Shown here: positions 24,402-34,745 of the stretch, piece by piece
Numbering within the stretch: the first letter of the stretch is position 1
Layout of the letters: every line of letters starts with the position of its first letter
IMG/VR virus record: IMGVR_UViG_2563366923_000008
Coordinates: 1 to 45,506 of that record
DNA: 45,506 bases
From: a virus
Lineage: Duplodnaviria > Heunggongvirae > Uroviricota > Caudoviricetes
Strand: one strand, 5' to 3'
Program-made: the position numbers and the translations under genes
Notes under the pieces: model-generated
What the model saw: only the letters and a program-made list of their open reading frames with translations
What the model was told of the DNA's origin: nothing
Databases searched by the model: none

Positions 24402-26466
24402 GCGTCTTGAATTAAGCGTCCGCAAAGGCTGGACACCCCCGCCGCGTATCAGTGTGCCGCAGTGGGCAGATGACTATCGTAAGCTGGCAAAAGAGGCTGG
24501 GAGCACTTCGGGAAACTGGGAAACATCGACGGTAGAAATTGCCCGCGGACCGATGCTTGCCGCGACGGAGTCCGGGGTTCATATCATCACTGTAATGTGC
24601 TGTACCCAGTTGATGAAGACAGCACTGCTGGAAAACCTTTTTGGCTATTTTGCCCACCTCGATCCTTGTCCGATACTGCTGCTGCAGCCGAAAGAAGAAG
24701 CCGCTGAACAGTTTTCGAAAGAGCGTATTAGCCCGCTGGTAAGGGTGACGCCGGTACTGCGTAAAATCATCGGTGATTCGAAACAGAAAAGCTCGAAAGA
24801 AACCATTCTTTACAAGGCATTCACTGGCGGATTTCTGGCGCTGGCGGGTGCTGGTAGCCCTGATAACCTTGCGCGTCGTCCGATTCGTGTCCTGCTGGCG
24901 GATGAAGTGGACAAGTACCCGATAACCCGCGAAGGCGATCCAATTGCGCTGGCCGAAGAGCGTACAGCGACATTTGGCCTGACCTGGCTGTCTGTACGCG
25001 CCTGTTCGCCGACGGTGGAGGATGAGAGCCGCATTGCTGACAGCTACGCCGACTCCGATCAGCGCCGGGCATCTGTGGTTTGCCCGCACTGTGGCCACCG
25101 CCAGTTCCCCGACTTTTTCAAACACGTTCAGTGGCCGAAAGAGGGAGATAAACACCTGACTAAATCGGCGATGCTCTATTGCGAATGCTGTGGTAGTGGC
25201 TGGTCCGAAGGACAGCGCCTCAGAGCTCTGCACACTATTCGATGGCATCAGACGCGCCCATTTGAGTGCTGCGGGGAGCGGCACTCACCGCTGATGGATT
25301 ATGACCTTGCCTGGCGGGCGGCAGACGAGGGCAGCGTTGAAAAGGTCTGGCAATGGTCAGAGTCGGAACGGCATGCGGTCTATCGCGCAATCTGCCCCTC
25401 CTGTGGAAAGGAGGCAGTCGATAACCACCACGCGGGGTACCAGGCATCCAAGCTTTTCAGCCCCTGGCAAAAAGATAAGCCGTCGGATATTGCGAAAAAA
25501 TATATCGATGCGAAGGGCGATCCGGATAAGGAACAGGCGTGGTGGAATACCCAGATGGGGCTTCCGCACCGACCTAATCATGGGAAACAGCTCCCTGTTG
25601 ATGTTCTGCTGGCGCGCCGGGAAATATTTCCGGCCGTCGTTCCGGACGGGGTGGCATTGTTAACAGCTGGAGTTGATACCCAGGACGATCGCTTCGAAAT
25701 TACGATCACCGGCTGGGGGAGAGATGAAGAATCGTGGTCGGTCGCGCATGACGTTATTTATGGTGACCTTGAGACGGAAGAACCCTGGAAGCGACTGGAT
25801 GCATACCTGAAACAGATCTGGCGACGTGGTGACGGGCGCGGCCTGAATATCATGGCAACGTGCATGGACTCCGGCGGCCACCATACGCAGAAGGTATACG
25901 AATTCGCCAAAGAGCGTCTTGGCCGTCGTGTCTGGGCAATTAAGGGGGAGTCTGCACAGGGAGGCAAACGCAATCCTGTCTGGCCGACCAAACGACCATC
26001 ATCGAAAAGCAAAGCCAGTTTCCGCCCTGTCATTCTGGGGGTTAACTCAGCGAAAGACGTGATACGCGGTCGCCTGCATCTTGAGCCACCCAAACCTGGC
26101 GCCGCCGCTGCGGGTTATATGCATTTTCCTGACGATCGCGATCTCGGGTACTTCAATCAGCTGCTGGCGGAGCGACTGGTTTACAAAGTCATTTCCGGGC
26201 AGCGGTACAGTATCTGGGAAGCAATACCAGGACGAGCTAACGAAGCGCTTGACTGCCTCGTTTACAGCTATGCCGCGCTGTGCGGTCTCAAACATATGGG
26301 GTTAAAACTCAACGTCCGGGCCGCCAACCTCGAAGCCGATCCGGATAAGTTCCTGCCAGCGCCAGTTGGACAGGAAGAAAAAATCAATTACGAGCTGCCG
26401 GGTGCGGTTATTGAAGAACCAGCGCCGGTCAAACGTAAGCGAATATCGCAACTCCTGCCGAAATAA
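24343..26466 (+). CDS. Terminase large subunit (lambda gpA family)
   Basis: About 700 aa with ATPase region (VLLADEVDKYP) and C-terminal nuclease; track start 24337 is TTG, ATG at 24343; overlaps terS. Confidence 0.85.
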   Translation: MSTNTSQSSESQSLTRQKIERLELSVRKGWTPPPRISVPQWADDYRKLAKEAGSTSGNWETSTVEIARGPMLAATESGVHIITVMCCTQLMKTALLENLFGYFAHLDPCPILLLQPKEEAAEQFSKERISPLVRVTPVLRKIIGDSKQKSSKETILYKAFTGGFLALAGAGSPDNLARRPIRVLLADEVDKYPITREGDPIALAEERTATFGLTWLSVRACSPTVEDESRIADSYADSDQRRASVVCPHCGHRQFPDFFKHVQWPKEGDKHLTKSAMLYCECCGSGWSEGQRLRALHTIRWHQTRPFECCGERHSPLMDYDLAWRAADEGSVEKVWQWSESERHAVYRAICPSCGKEAVDNHHAGYQASKLFSPWQKDKPSDIAKKYIDAKGDPDKEQAWWNTQMGLPHRPNHGKQLPVDVLLARREIFPAVVPDGVALLTAGVDTQDDRFEITITGWGRDEESWSVAHDVIYGDLETEEPWKRLDAYLKQIWRRGDGRGLNIMATCMDSGGHHTQKVYEFAKERLGRRVWAIKGESAQGGKRNPVWPTKRPSSKSKASFRPVILGVNSAKDVIRGRLHLEPPKPGAAAAGYMHFPDDRDLGYFNQLLAERLVYKVISGQRYSIWEAIPGRANEALDCLVYSYAALCGLKHMGLKLNVRAANLEADPDKFLPAPVGQEEKINYELPGAVIEEPAPVKRKRISQLLPK

Positions 26467-26474
26467 GGAAAATC

Positions 26475-26738
26475 ATGTTCAACCGGAACACCAGCCTGCT
26501 TGCCGGCGCAATGACTGACGATCAGCTCAGGGATGCGCTTGCGAAAGCTCAGCAGGCGTACATTGATTTAGCAACCGGGAGCCACGGTGTTTCGTTTTCC
26601 TATACGCAGGGAGACGGGACGCGATCAGTGTCCTATCAGCAAAGCACCCTGGCTGATCTGCTGGCCCTGATTCAACTTCTGCAGGCGCAACTGGGGATTA
26701 TCTCTCGTCCCCGGAAACCAGCGAGGTTTAGATTCTGA
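26475..26738 (+). CDS. Head-tail joining protein (gpW-like)
   Basis: 87 aa between terminase and portal; pattern similar to lambda W. Confidence 0.6.
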   Translation: MFNRNTSLLAGAMTDDQLRDALAKAQQAYIDLATGSHGVSFSYTQGDGTRSVSYQQSTLADLLALIQLLQAQLGIISRPRKPARFRF

Positions 26739-28375
26739 TGAATAAAGTACAGATACTGGGCTCTGATGGGCAGCCGTTGCGACAGCAGCGTCCCTCTATG
26801 CTGGTGGGGGGGAGCCGCGTACCTTATGACGCAGCTGACTCTTTCAGCGATCAACTGGCGAACTGGCAACCCGCGCTGTGGTCCCCGGACAATGAAATTA
26901 ACATTTACCGGGATCGCATCGTGTCCCGCGCACGCGATCTGGTCCGTAATGACGGCTGGGCAAACGGTGCGGTCACACGTCTGCTGGATAATGCGGTTGG
27001 TGCCAACTTCCGCCCCATCATGAAACCCGATTACCGTGTTCTCAGAATGATCACCGGAAACAAGGCGTTTGATGCGTCCTGGGCGGAAGAGTACGGAAAA
27101 GCACTGGACGGGCACTGGCGGACCTGGAGTAACGATCCTGGCCGGTATTGTGATGTTGAACGAAAACTCACCGTGTCGCAGATGTTGCGCCTGGGATTTC
27201 GTCACAAGCTTATTGACGGGGATGCTCTGGCCATTCTCCAGTACAGAACTGACAGGCTTGGTCCCGGAAGAGGGCGTTACGCCACCACGGTACAGATTGT
27301 CGATCCTGACCGCCTCAGTAATCCTCAGCAGAATTTCGATATGCCAAATGTCCGTGGTGGCGTTGAAATTGATGCGGACGGTGCGCCGGTTGCTTACCAC
27401 ATCAGGGAGGCCCATATCGGTGACTGGTGGAGCGGGGCTAAAACCATGACGTGGCAGCGTATCCCGCGTGAAACTGACTGGGGCCGCCCGCATGTGGTTC
27501 ACGATTTTGATCATGAGCGTGGCGCGCAGCACCGCGGTAACGGCATCCTGACTCCGGTTATTCAGCGTCTGAAAATGCTGGTGAAGTATGACCAGAGTGA
27601 GCTTGAGGCAGCAATTCTTAATGCCATATTCGCCGCTTACATTGAGTCACCCTATGACCCTGCGATGGTTCAGTCTGCCCTGGGCGAGACCTATGACGAG
27701 TCGGAGTTAGGCACTTATCAGGACGGGCGTGTTGAGTTCCATAACGATCGGCGTCTGACACTTCAGAATGGTGCCCGAATGCCCATTCTTTATCCTGGTG
27801 AGAAAATCACGACGGTTAACGCGGCGCGGCCCTACAGCAATTTTGAAGTCTTCGAATCTGCTGTTCTCCGTAATTTTTCTTCAGGAACAGGGTTGTCCCC
27901 ACAGCAGGTCACCCAGGACTGGTCTGACGTTAACTACAGTTCTGCACGCTCCTCGTTGCTGGAGGCATGGAAAACACTGACTCGCCGCCGGGACGATTTT
28001 TCTACCGGCTTCGCTCAGCCCATTCTCACCGCCTTTGTTGAAGAAGTTCACGACAATGAGGATTTACCCCTGCCCGCAGGCGCACCTGATTTTGTTGACG
28101 CCAGAGCCGCGTATTCTCGCGCGCGCTGGATGGGGCCAGGGCGCGGCTGGGTGGATCCGGTTGCAGAGAAAAAAGGCGCCATTCTTGGTCTGGATGCCGG
28201 ACTTTCCACCCTCGAGATTGAGGTGGGTGAAAACGTCGGTGAAGACTGGGAAGAAGTGCTTGATCAGCGCCAGAGAGAAATTGAGTCATGTCTTAAACGC
28301 GGATTACCGCTTCCGAGCTGGGCACAGGCTGACCAGTTTGCGAGCCAGACCATTACCGATCCGGAGGAAAAGTGA
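26738..28375 (+). CDS. Portal protein (lambda gpB family)
   Basis: 545 aa following gpW, ATGA overlap; lambda-B-like N-terminus and size. Confidence 0.85.
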   Translation: MNKVQILGSDGQPLRQQRPSMLVGGSRVPYDAADSFSDQLANWQPALWSPDNEINIYRDRIVSRARDLVRNDGWANGAVTRLLDNAVGANFRPIMKPDYRVLRMITGNKAFDASWAEEYGKALDGHWRTWSNDPGRYCDVERKLTVSQMLRLGFRHKLIDGDALAILQYRTDRLGPGRGRYATTVQIVDPDRLSNPQQNFDMPNVRGGVEIDADGAPVAYHIREAHIGDWWSGAKTMTWQRIPRETDWGRPHVVHDFDHERGAQHRGNGILTPVIQRLKMLVKYDQSELEAAILNAIFAAYIESPYDPAMVQSALGETYDESELGTYQDGRVEFHNDRRLTLQNGARMPILYPGEKITTVNAARPYSNFEVFESAVLRNFSSGTGLSPQQVTQDWSDVNYSSARSSLLEAWKTLTRRRDDFSTGFAQPILTAFVEEVHDNEDLPLPAGAPDFVDARAAYSRARWMGPGRGWVDPVAEKKGAILGLDAGLSTLEIEVGENVGEDWEEVLDQRQREIESCLKRGLPLPSWAQADQFASQTITDPEEK

Positions 28376-29238
28376 ATCTACCCCATCTGGCCCAGCGATT
28401 ATTTAACACCCCGCTGGCGCTGCACCCGAGTAAAGCCGAAGTCATCATGGCATCCGTAATGGACCGATTTGGTATCAGTAAAATCGAATCTTCTCTTGCC
28501 ATGGAGGATGACTGGTACGGATATGACGATAACCGGGGACGTGAATCCCGTAGTGATCCGGGTTATGACAATGTGCTGGGTGTCGCCGTCATCCCGATAT
28601 GCGGAACGCTGGTGCAAAAACTGGGCAGTCTGCGTCCGTACAGTGGAATGACAGGGTATGACGGCATTCGTCAGGCGTTTCTTACTGCGATGGAAGATCC
28701 CGACATTTCGGGCATTTGCCTGGATATCGACTCACCCGGCGGCGAGGTCGCTGGATGCTTCGATCTGGTTGATGTCATTTACGGCTCCCGGGGGAAAAAG
28801 CCTATCCATGCCATTCTGACGGAAAGCGCTTATTCCGCTGCGTATGCCATTGCCAGTGCAGCGGACCGGATTTCTGTTCCGCGCACCGGCGGAGTGGGTT
28901 CTGTGGGTGTGATCACCATGCACCTTGACTGGACGCAGCGGATTAAAGATGACGGTCTTAAAGTTACGATCATCACCTATGGATCCCGCAAGGCTGAAGG
29001 TTCGCCGCTGAGAGAGTTGTCAGATGAAGCGCTGGCCGCCATCCAGCAGGACATTAACACCATGGGCGAATTGTTTGTGAACACTGTTGCCAGAAACCGG
29101 GGGATTAGCGCAAAGGTTATAAAAAGTACCCAGGCCGCCTGTTTTATGGCTGCTGATGGCGTTGAAATTGGACTGGCTGATGAGGTGTGTCCTCCTGACG
29201 CTGCGTTCAAAAACTTACTTGAAAAAACAGGAGCCTGA
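28372..29238 (+). CDS. Prohead protease, S49 (SppA/ClpP-like) family
   Basis: 288 aa; ...GICLDIDSPGGEVAGCFDLVDVIYGSRGKKPIHAILTESAYSAAYAIASAADRI... typical of S49 peptidases; GTG start overlapping the portal stop. Confidence 0.8.
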   Translation: MNLPHLAQRLFNTPLALHPSKAEVIMASVMDRFGISKIESSLAMEDDWYGYDDNRGRESRSDPGYDNVLGVAVIPICGTLVQKLGSLRPYSGMTGYDGIRQAFLTAMEDPDISGICLDIDSPGGEVAGCFDLVDVIYGSRGKKPIHAILTESAYSAAYAIASAADRISVPRTGGVGSVGVITMHLDWTQRIKDDGLKVTIITYGSRKAEGSPLRELSDEALAAIQQDINTMGELFVNTVARNRGISAKVIKSTQAACFMAADGVEIGLADEVCPPDAAFKNLLEKTGA

Positions 29239-29239
29239 A

Positions 29240-29830
29240 ATGGCAAAGAAAAAGACGTTTAGTTTTGCTCACCTCATTGGTCTTGGCCCTTCCGCTTCTG
29301 AGGAAGAAGAGGATAAAAAAGCCAAAAAAGCGAAAGCCCGTCGCGCGGAAGAGGATGAGCGCGAAGATGATGCCGATGATGATGAGCGCGACGACGACGC
29401 GGAAGAAGACGAACGCGACGATGATGCTGAAGATGACTGCGATGATCCGGATGCGTCAGAAGATGATGATTCTGAAGACGACGGCGACGACGATCGCAAA
29501 GAGAGTAAGGCGGTAAAAAATGCACGCGCTGCTGAGCGTAAACGCTGCGCCCGTATTTTCGGCAGTAAGCATGCAGCTGCGAATCCTTCACTGGCCGCGT
29601 CACTGGCTTTCAATACCGGGATGAGTTCTGCGGCAGCAATTAATGTCCTAGCCTCTTCGGCTCCGGCCGCAGCCGCATCTCAGCCATCCCGTAAACGCTC
29701 TCTCGATCAGCGTATGCAGGAAAGCCACCAGGTCCGGCTTAATCCGGATAGCGGACAGAAAGAGACCGGAAAGTCTGCGCTGGTAAGTAAAATGACCGGC
29801 CTCTACAACTCCACAAGAGGAGAGAAATAA
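29240..29830 (+). CDS. Putative scaffolding protein with acidic tandem-repeat region
   Basis: 196 aa between protease and decoration/capsid genes; three 27-bp repeats encoding ER(E/D)DDA(D/E)(D/E)D. Confidence 0.55.
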   Translation: MAKKKTFSFAHLIGLGPSASEEEEDKKAKKAKARRAEEDEREDDADDDERDDDAEEDERDDDAEDDCDDPDASEDDDSEDDGDDDRKESKAVKNARAAERKRCARIFGSKHAAANPSLAASLAFNTGMSSAAAINVLASSAPAAAASQPSRKRSLDQRMQESHQVRLNPDSGQKETGKSALVSKMTGLYNSTRGEK

Positions 29831-30234
29831 TGGATCAGTTTGGTCAGAATGCGTTTGCGCCTGGCATGAAGAGCGCGCTGTTTGTTCCGGATCAGCTTGT
29901 CGCTGGCACGCTCCAGCTGGTGACTGACACCGGGATCATTACGGGCGGTGCCTTTAAGCGTGGTACTGTCCTGGGCCTGGTGGCTGCCAGCGGGAAATAC
30001 ACGCAATGTGTGAAAACGGCTGAAGATGGCAGTCAGTTACCCGTTGCTATTCTGGTTGATGATGTTGATGCATCGTCTTCCGATCAGAACGGCGGCCTGT
30101 ATCTGATGGGGGAATTCAACCAGCACCGAATTATTTTTGATAACTCCTGGACGACCGCTGACCTGAAAAAAGCGCTCCGACCGCTGGCTATCTTCCTGAA
30201 AGACAGTGACCAGGCACCTGTAACCACCTCCTGA
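29830..30234 (+). CDS. Head decoration protein (gpD-like)
   Basis: 134 aa immediately upstream of the major capsid protein. Confidence 0.6.
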   Translation: MDQFGQNAFAPGMKSALFVPDQLVAGTLQLVTDTGIITGGAFKRGTVLGLVAASGKYTQCVKTAEDGSQLPVAILVDDVDASSSDQNGGLYLMGEFNQHRIIFDNSWTTADLKKALRPLAIFLKDSDQAPVTTS

Positions 30235-30331
30235 TTTCCCCCACGGCTCTCCTGACGAATGCTTTAACTGGCAGGGGCTGGCTCGTTTAAATTTTTTGCC
30301 AGCTGCGGCTGGCACTATCAAGAGACTGAAT

Positions 30332-31381
30332 ATGGAAAATATTTTTGATACCAGCGTGCTGGTGCAGGTTGTTCCTAACCTGAAAACCAGTCAGAACTGG
30401 CTGCTCGATCGCTTCTTCCCGAATGTCGTGACTTACGAGACTGAAGAAGTGGCGATTGATGTTGATGTCGGCCTGCGTCGTATGGCGCCGTTCGTCTCCC
30501 CGCTGGTGGAAGGTAAGCTGGTCGAATCCCGTAAATACCAGACCAATACCTTCAAACCGGCATACATCAAAGATAAGCGCGCTCCGGACCTGCGCAAACC
30601 TATCCGCCGCCAGATTGGTGAGCGTATTGGCGGGGAATATACCGCTGCCGAGCGCGAAATGCTGAACCTTCAGTTTGAAATGACTGACCAGATTGACATG
30701 ATCAACCGTCGTCTGGAATGGATGGCGGCGAGTGCGCTGGTGTCTGGGACCGTAACCGTCGCCGGGGAGGGCTATGAAACTAAGGTGGTGGATTTCGGGC
30801 GTGCTTCGGATCTGACCATCACTCTTAGCGGCTCGGATAAATGGCCACTGACCGTTGCAGCTGGCGCTACCAATACCCAGCCATCAGATGACATTGAAAT
30901 CTGGCAGACTACTTTCCTGAAAGAGTCCGGCTCTGTCGCCACGGATCTGGTCTTTACGAATAAGTCATGGCGTGCATTCCGACTGGATACCACCATCAAG
31001 GATAACGCCATTACATTCCCGGCGCTGAGCCCGTTTGGTAACCAGATTAACGCCGGCCCACAGGTAATGAAGGGCGCAATTTATAAAGGGCGCTGGGGTA
31101 ACTTTGACCTCTGGTTATATAACGACTGGTTTATTGACCCGCTGGACAACGTCGAGAAGCCTATGATCCCCGATGGCGCTGTCATTATGAGTGGTGCCGA
31201 TCTGATGGGTACCCGCGCCTTTGGCGTTATCCTGGACCCGGCTTTCAACTACGGTCCGCTGGCTTATGCGCCAAAATCCTGGGTGAAAGAAGATCCAGCC
31301 CAGCGTCTTATCCTGATGCAATCCTCCCCGCTGGTTATTCCGAGCCGGGTAAATGCATCCCTCTGCGCAACGGTGGTCTGA
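30332..31381 (+). CDS. Major capsid protein (lambda gpE family)
   Basis: 349 aa; position and pattern (MENIFDTSVLVQVVPNLK...LVIPSRVNASLCATVV) match E-family capsid proteins. Confidence 0.8.
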   Translation: MENIFDTSVLVQVVPNLKTSQNWLLDRFFPNVVTYETEEVAIDVDVGLRRMAPFVSPLVEGKLVESRKYQTNTFKPAYIKDKRAPDLRKPIRRQIGERIGGEYTAAEREMLNLQFEMTDQIDMINRRLEWMAASALVSGTVTVAGEGYETKVVDFGRASDLTITLSGSDKWPLTVAAGATNTQPSDDIEIWQTTFLKESGSVATDLVFTNKSWRAFRLDTTIKDNAITFPALSPFGNQINAGPQVMKGAIYKGRWGNFDLWLYNDWFIDPLDNVEKPMIPDGAVIMSGADLMGTRAFGVILDPAFNYGPLAYAPKSWVKEDPAQRLILMQSSPLVIPSRVNASLCATVV

Positions 31382-31382
31382 T

Positions 31383-31763
31383 ATGGCAAAACAACCTAAT
31401 ACCGGGCTGGCTGATGATCTGAATGCAGAAGGATCTGCCAAAGACGGCCTGAGCGTTGACAACCTGAATGCTGGCGATAACACCCAGGAAAAACAGCCTT
31501 TGAGCAAAACAGATGATGCCGAATTGTCTGTTGATGACGATGGTGGTGACGAAAAATCCGGAGACACTGAATCGCAGGAGTATGTGGTGTTGAAAGGGAA
31601 TTGCATTCGTCATGACGGGGAGATGTACCGCGAAAATATGCGCATCCCTGTAACCGGCAAAGATGCTGAGCGTCTTCTGCAGTCCGGCGTTATTGCTGAT
31701 GTTGATGTGCTTCGTAAGCGAGTTCTTGCTTCTCAGCCATCAGTTTCAGTTACGACAGGGTAA
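31383..31763 (+). CDS. Hypothetical head protein (FI-like position)
   Basis: 126 aa acidic protein right after the capsid gene. Confidence 0.45.
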   Translation: MAKQPNTGLADDLNAEGSAKDGLSVDNLNAGDNTQEKQPLSKTDDAELSVDDDGGDEKSGDTESQEYVVLKGNCIRHDGEMYRENMRIPVTGKDAERLLQSGVIADVDVLRKRVLASQPSVSVTTG

Positions 31764-31767
31764 TGAC

Positions 31768-32127
31768 ATGGGCGTGGACTGGGATTCTCATCTTCTGAGT
31801 CCGCTGCATGATGTCTTTGGCGATGAGCACGAGTACCGTCCACGTAACGGTACTCCTTTTACAATTAACGGGATTTTTGACCGTGGTTATGCGCAGGTTG
31901 CTGAAAACCTTGATGGCGATTCAGAAATTAACACCTCCAGCCCGATGTTGGGTGTGCGCGATGCTGAATTTCGCAAGCTGGGTAAATCGCAACCTGCTGT
32001 ATCTGACCGGGTATTTATAAAGACGGTCGGTGGTCACATCATCAATCAGTTATTTGTTGTGTCAAACGTCGAACCCGACAGTCATGGCGGATCTCGTCTT
32101 GTCCTCAATGTGGTAAAACCGCGATGA
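31768..32127 (+). CDS. Putative head-tail connector or head completion protein
   Basis: 119 aa; positional call. Confidence 0.45.
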   Translation: MGVDWDSHLLSPLHDVFGDEHEYRPRNGTPFTINGIFDRGYAQVAENLDGDSEINTSSPMLGVRDAEFRKLGKSQPAVSDRVFIKTVGGHIINQLFVVSNVEPDSHGGSRLVLNVVKPR

Positions 32128-32669
32128 ATTCAGCAGCGATACGGCAAATGGTTGTCACTGCACTAACCGGGACAACCAGCGCGGGCGACCGCGTATTCTC
32201 TCCACGCGACTGGTCAACTTCACCAGATATGTATCCTGTGTTGTTGGTTCAGACGCCTTTTGAACAGAAAAAATCACAGGGGCGTAATACCCCTGCTTTT
32301 ACCACCCTCACCACTGTCAGGATCACTGGGCGCGTTCAGGAGTATGACGGCGATACAGTGGATGATGGAGCCATGCGGGCAGAGCTGGCGCTTGAAAGCC
32401 TTCGCGAGCAGGTGGAGCGCGCGGTGATCAACAGCTACGAACTGACGCGGAATATTCAGAAATACGCGGAAGTTCGTTCAACCATCAATGTTGATTCAGA
32501 AGGAGAGGCCCATATGGGGCAGCTTCTTTTCGAGATCGACATAGAGCATTACCAGGGGCCGGAAGATTTTTATCCTGTCCAGTCGGTTCCCCTTGAGGGC
32601 ATGGATATTGCGGTCGATATGCCAGACGGCACAGTTAAACCGGGTATCAGCCTCAATCTTCAGGAGTAA
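32124..32669 (+). CDS. Putative tail completion or neck protein
   Basis: 181 aa; ATGA overlap; positional call. Confidence 0.45.
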   Translation: MNSAAIRQMVVTALTGTTSAGDRVFSPRDWSTSPDMYPVLLVQTPFEQKKSQGRNTPAFTTLTTVRITGRVQEYDGDTVDDGAMRAELALESLREQVERAVINSYELTRNIQKYAEVRSTINVDSEGEAHMGQLLFEIDIEHYQGPEDFYPVQSVPLEGMDIAVDMPDGTVKPGISLNLQE

Positions 32670-32672
32670 TCC

Positions 32673-32870
32673 ATGTTTGTTAAGCCGAACAACGGGCTCA
32701 GCGTTCGCTGCCCCGTCAAGGGCATCCCATTGCCTAAAGAGGGTGCTGAAGTACCTGACAATATTTTCTGGCGTCGCCGTCTGAGCGATGGGGACGTGAT
32801 CCTCTCTAAAAAGGATGAGGGCGCGCCAGAGAAACAATCATTACCTAAAAAAGCGGGAGAAAATGAATGA
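32673..32870 (+). CDS. Hypothetical small protein upstream of the sheath gene
   Basis: 65 aa ORF. Confidence 0.4.
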   Translation: MFVKPNNGLSVRCPVKGIPLPKEGAEVPDNIFWRRRLSDGDVILSKKDEGAPEKQSLPKKAGENE

Positions 32871-34369
32871 CCGTACCTTTCGCTCGTGTTCCCGATAACC
32901 TGCGGGTAGGGCTTTTCTTCGTTGAGTTTGATAACTCAATGGCGAATAACGCCACTGCCACGCAGCGCACCCTGCTTATCGGTGGGATGCTCAGTACCGG
33001 CTCAACCCCCCCTGGTATTCCGCAGCGAGTTTCCTCTTCGGATACCGTCGGTGAGCTGACAGGAAAAGGGGGAATTCTGCAGGCCATGATGGCGGCGTAT
33101 CAGAAAAATGATACCGCAGCCGAAGTCTGGATCCTGCCGCTGGAGGAAGACTCCGATTCCATGGTGGCTGCAACCGGCACCATTAAAGTGAGCAGCGCAC
33201 CGACGGCAACCGGAGTGATCTCCCTTTATATTGCTGGTGAGCGCATTCAGTTGACCGTTGTAGCAACAGATACGGTGGCAGCGATCGCCACCTCTCTGGC
33301 CGCGGCGATTAACGCAAAAACCACGCTACCTGTAACCGCAAGTGCGACTACGGATACCGTAACCCTGACCGCGAAGAATCTTGGTGCTACGGGTAATGGG
33401 ATCGACATTCGCCTGAACTTCCTCGGCTTACCTGGAGGCGAGTCCACACCTGCAGGCCTGGAACTGACGATTACTGCTATGTCTAACGGAGTCGGGGCTC
33501 CGGATATTACCGGCGAGCTGGCAAACCTGCAGGATCGGACATTCGATTTCATCATCAACCCTTACGACGATACAACCTCGTTGAATGTGATGAAGGAGTT
33601 CCTGTCAGACACTGGCGGTCGCTGGGCATGGGACAAGCAGCTTTATGGCCATTCCTTTGGTACCACCACCGGGACTTACGCCCAGCTCGGTACCAAAGGT
33701 GAGCTGCGCAATAACCAGCATGAGACCCTGCTGGGCGTAAATAAATCGCCGTCCCCTTCCTGGGCATGGTCTGCAGCTTACACCGGCGCAGCTGCGGTGA
33801 GTCTGCGTAATGACCCCGGCCGCCCGCTACAGTCGCTCGCTGTTCAGGGGGTGCTTGCGCCAGAACTGCAGGATCGCTTTGAGCTGACCGAGCGTAACAA
33901 TCTGCTGTACAGCGGCATTTCGACATTTACGGTCGATGACGATGGCACGGTGCGCATTGAAAACCTGATCACCACCTACCAGAAAAACAGCTATGGCGAT
34001 GCAGATGACAGTTATCTGGAAGTGGAGACGCTGTTCAGCCTGATGTTTGTGACCCGCTACCTGCGCACAGCGGTGACCAGCAAGTTTGGCCGTATGAAGC
34101 TTGCTGCGGATGGAACCCGATTTGCACCTGGCGCGGCGATCGTCACGCCAAACATTATCAAGGCCGATCAGATTGCCGAGTACCAGACTCTGGTATGGAA
34201 CGGTTATGCGCAGGATGCGGAGGCATTCGCAAAAAATATCATCGTCGAGCAGAACGCCAAAAATCCGAACCGCGTCGATGTGCTGTGGCCGGGAACCCTC
34301 ATGAACCAGTTGCGCATTTTCGCGCTGCTCAATCAGTTCCGCACTCGGGCTGAATCAACAGGAGCTTAA
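32867..34369 (+). CDS. Tail sheath protein (Mu gpL-like)
   Basis: 500 aa; MTVPFARVPDNLRVGLFFVEFDNS... and size typical of contractile-tail sheath proteins; followed by a tube gene. Confidence 0.8.
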   Translation: MTVPFARVPDNLRVGLFFVEFDNSMANNATATQRTLLIGGMLSTGSTPPGIPQRVSSSDTVGELTGKGGILQAMMAAYQKNDTAAEVWILPLEEDSDSMVAATGTIKVSSAPTATGVISLYIAGERIQLTVVATDTVAAIATSLAAAINAKTTLPVTASATTDTVTLTAKNLGATGNGIDIRLNFLGLPGGESTPAGLELTITAMSNGVGAPDITGELANLQDRTFDFIINPYDDTTSLNVMKEFLSDTGGRWAWDKQLYGHSFGTTTGTYAQLGTKGELRNNQHETLLGVNKSPSPSWAWSAAYTGAAAVSLRNDPGRPLQSLAVQGVLAPELQDRFELTERNNLLYSGISTFTVDDDGTVRIENLITTYQKNSYGDADDSYLEVETLFSLMFVTRYLRTAVTSKFGRMKLAADGTRFAPGAAIVTPNIIKADQIAEYQTLVWNGYAQDAEAFAKNIIVEQNAKNPNRVDVLWPGTLMNQLRIFALLNQFRTRAESTGA

Positions 34370-34372
34370 ACG

Positions 34373-34744
34373 ATGGCAGGTGATACTACTAACCGCCTGG
34401 CGGGAACCGCCTATGTCACTGTTAACGGTGTGACGGTAATGGTGGAGGGCTCGTTTAAATACCAGGCTGCCACCGTAAACCGTACCACCCTGACAGGGAT
34501 GGATGGTGTGCACGGATATAAGGAAAAACCTGTGGCGCCATACATTTCTGCCCGACTGCGTGACAGTGGCGGAACGAATGTGCAGGGCTTTAACCAGCAG
34601 ACGAACGTCAACGTGATCGCCGAGCTGGCTAACGGGAAAACTATCATTGGCCGTTCACTCTGGACGGTCAACGTCCAGGAAGTGGAAAGCGAAGATGCAG
34701 TATTTGATGTTCGCTGGGAAGGCCGCGACGTAACGGAGAACTAA
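34373..34744 (+). CDS. Tail tube protein
   Basis: 123 aa directly after the sheath gene. Confidence 0.7.
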   Translation: MAGDTTNRLAGTAYVTVNGVTVMVEGSFKYQAATVNRTTLTGMDGVHGYKEKPVAPYISARLRDSGGTNVQGFNQQTNVNVIAELANGKTIIGRSLWTVNVQEVESEDAVFDVRWEGRDVTEN

Positions 34745-34745
34745 G

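Noticed and set aside
24412-27532. Large minus-strand ORFs (290 and 286 aa) inside the terminase and portal genes
   Set aside because: They overlap strongly supported plus-strand structural genes and have Arg/Pro-rich translations typical of antisense frames.
29265-29613. Plus- and minus-strand ORFs within the acidic repeat region
   Set aside because: Alternative frames of GA-rich tandem repeats (poly-Ser/Arg or Lys/Met translations); the in-frame acidic scaffold reading is the coherent one.
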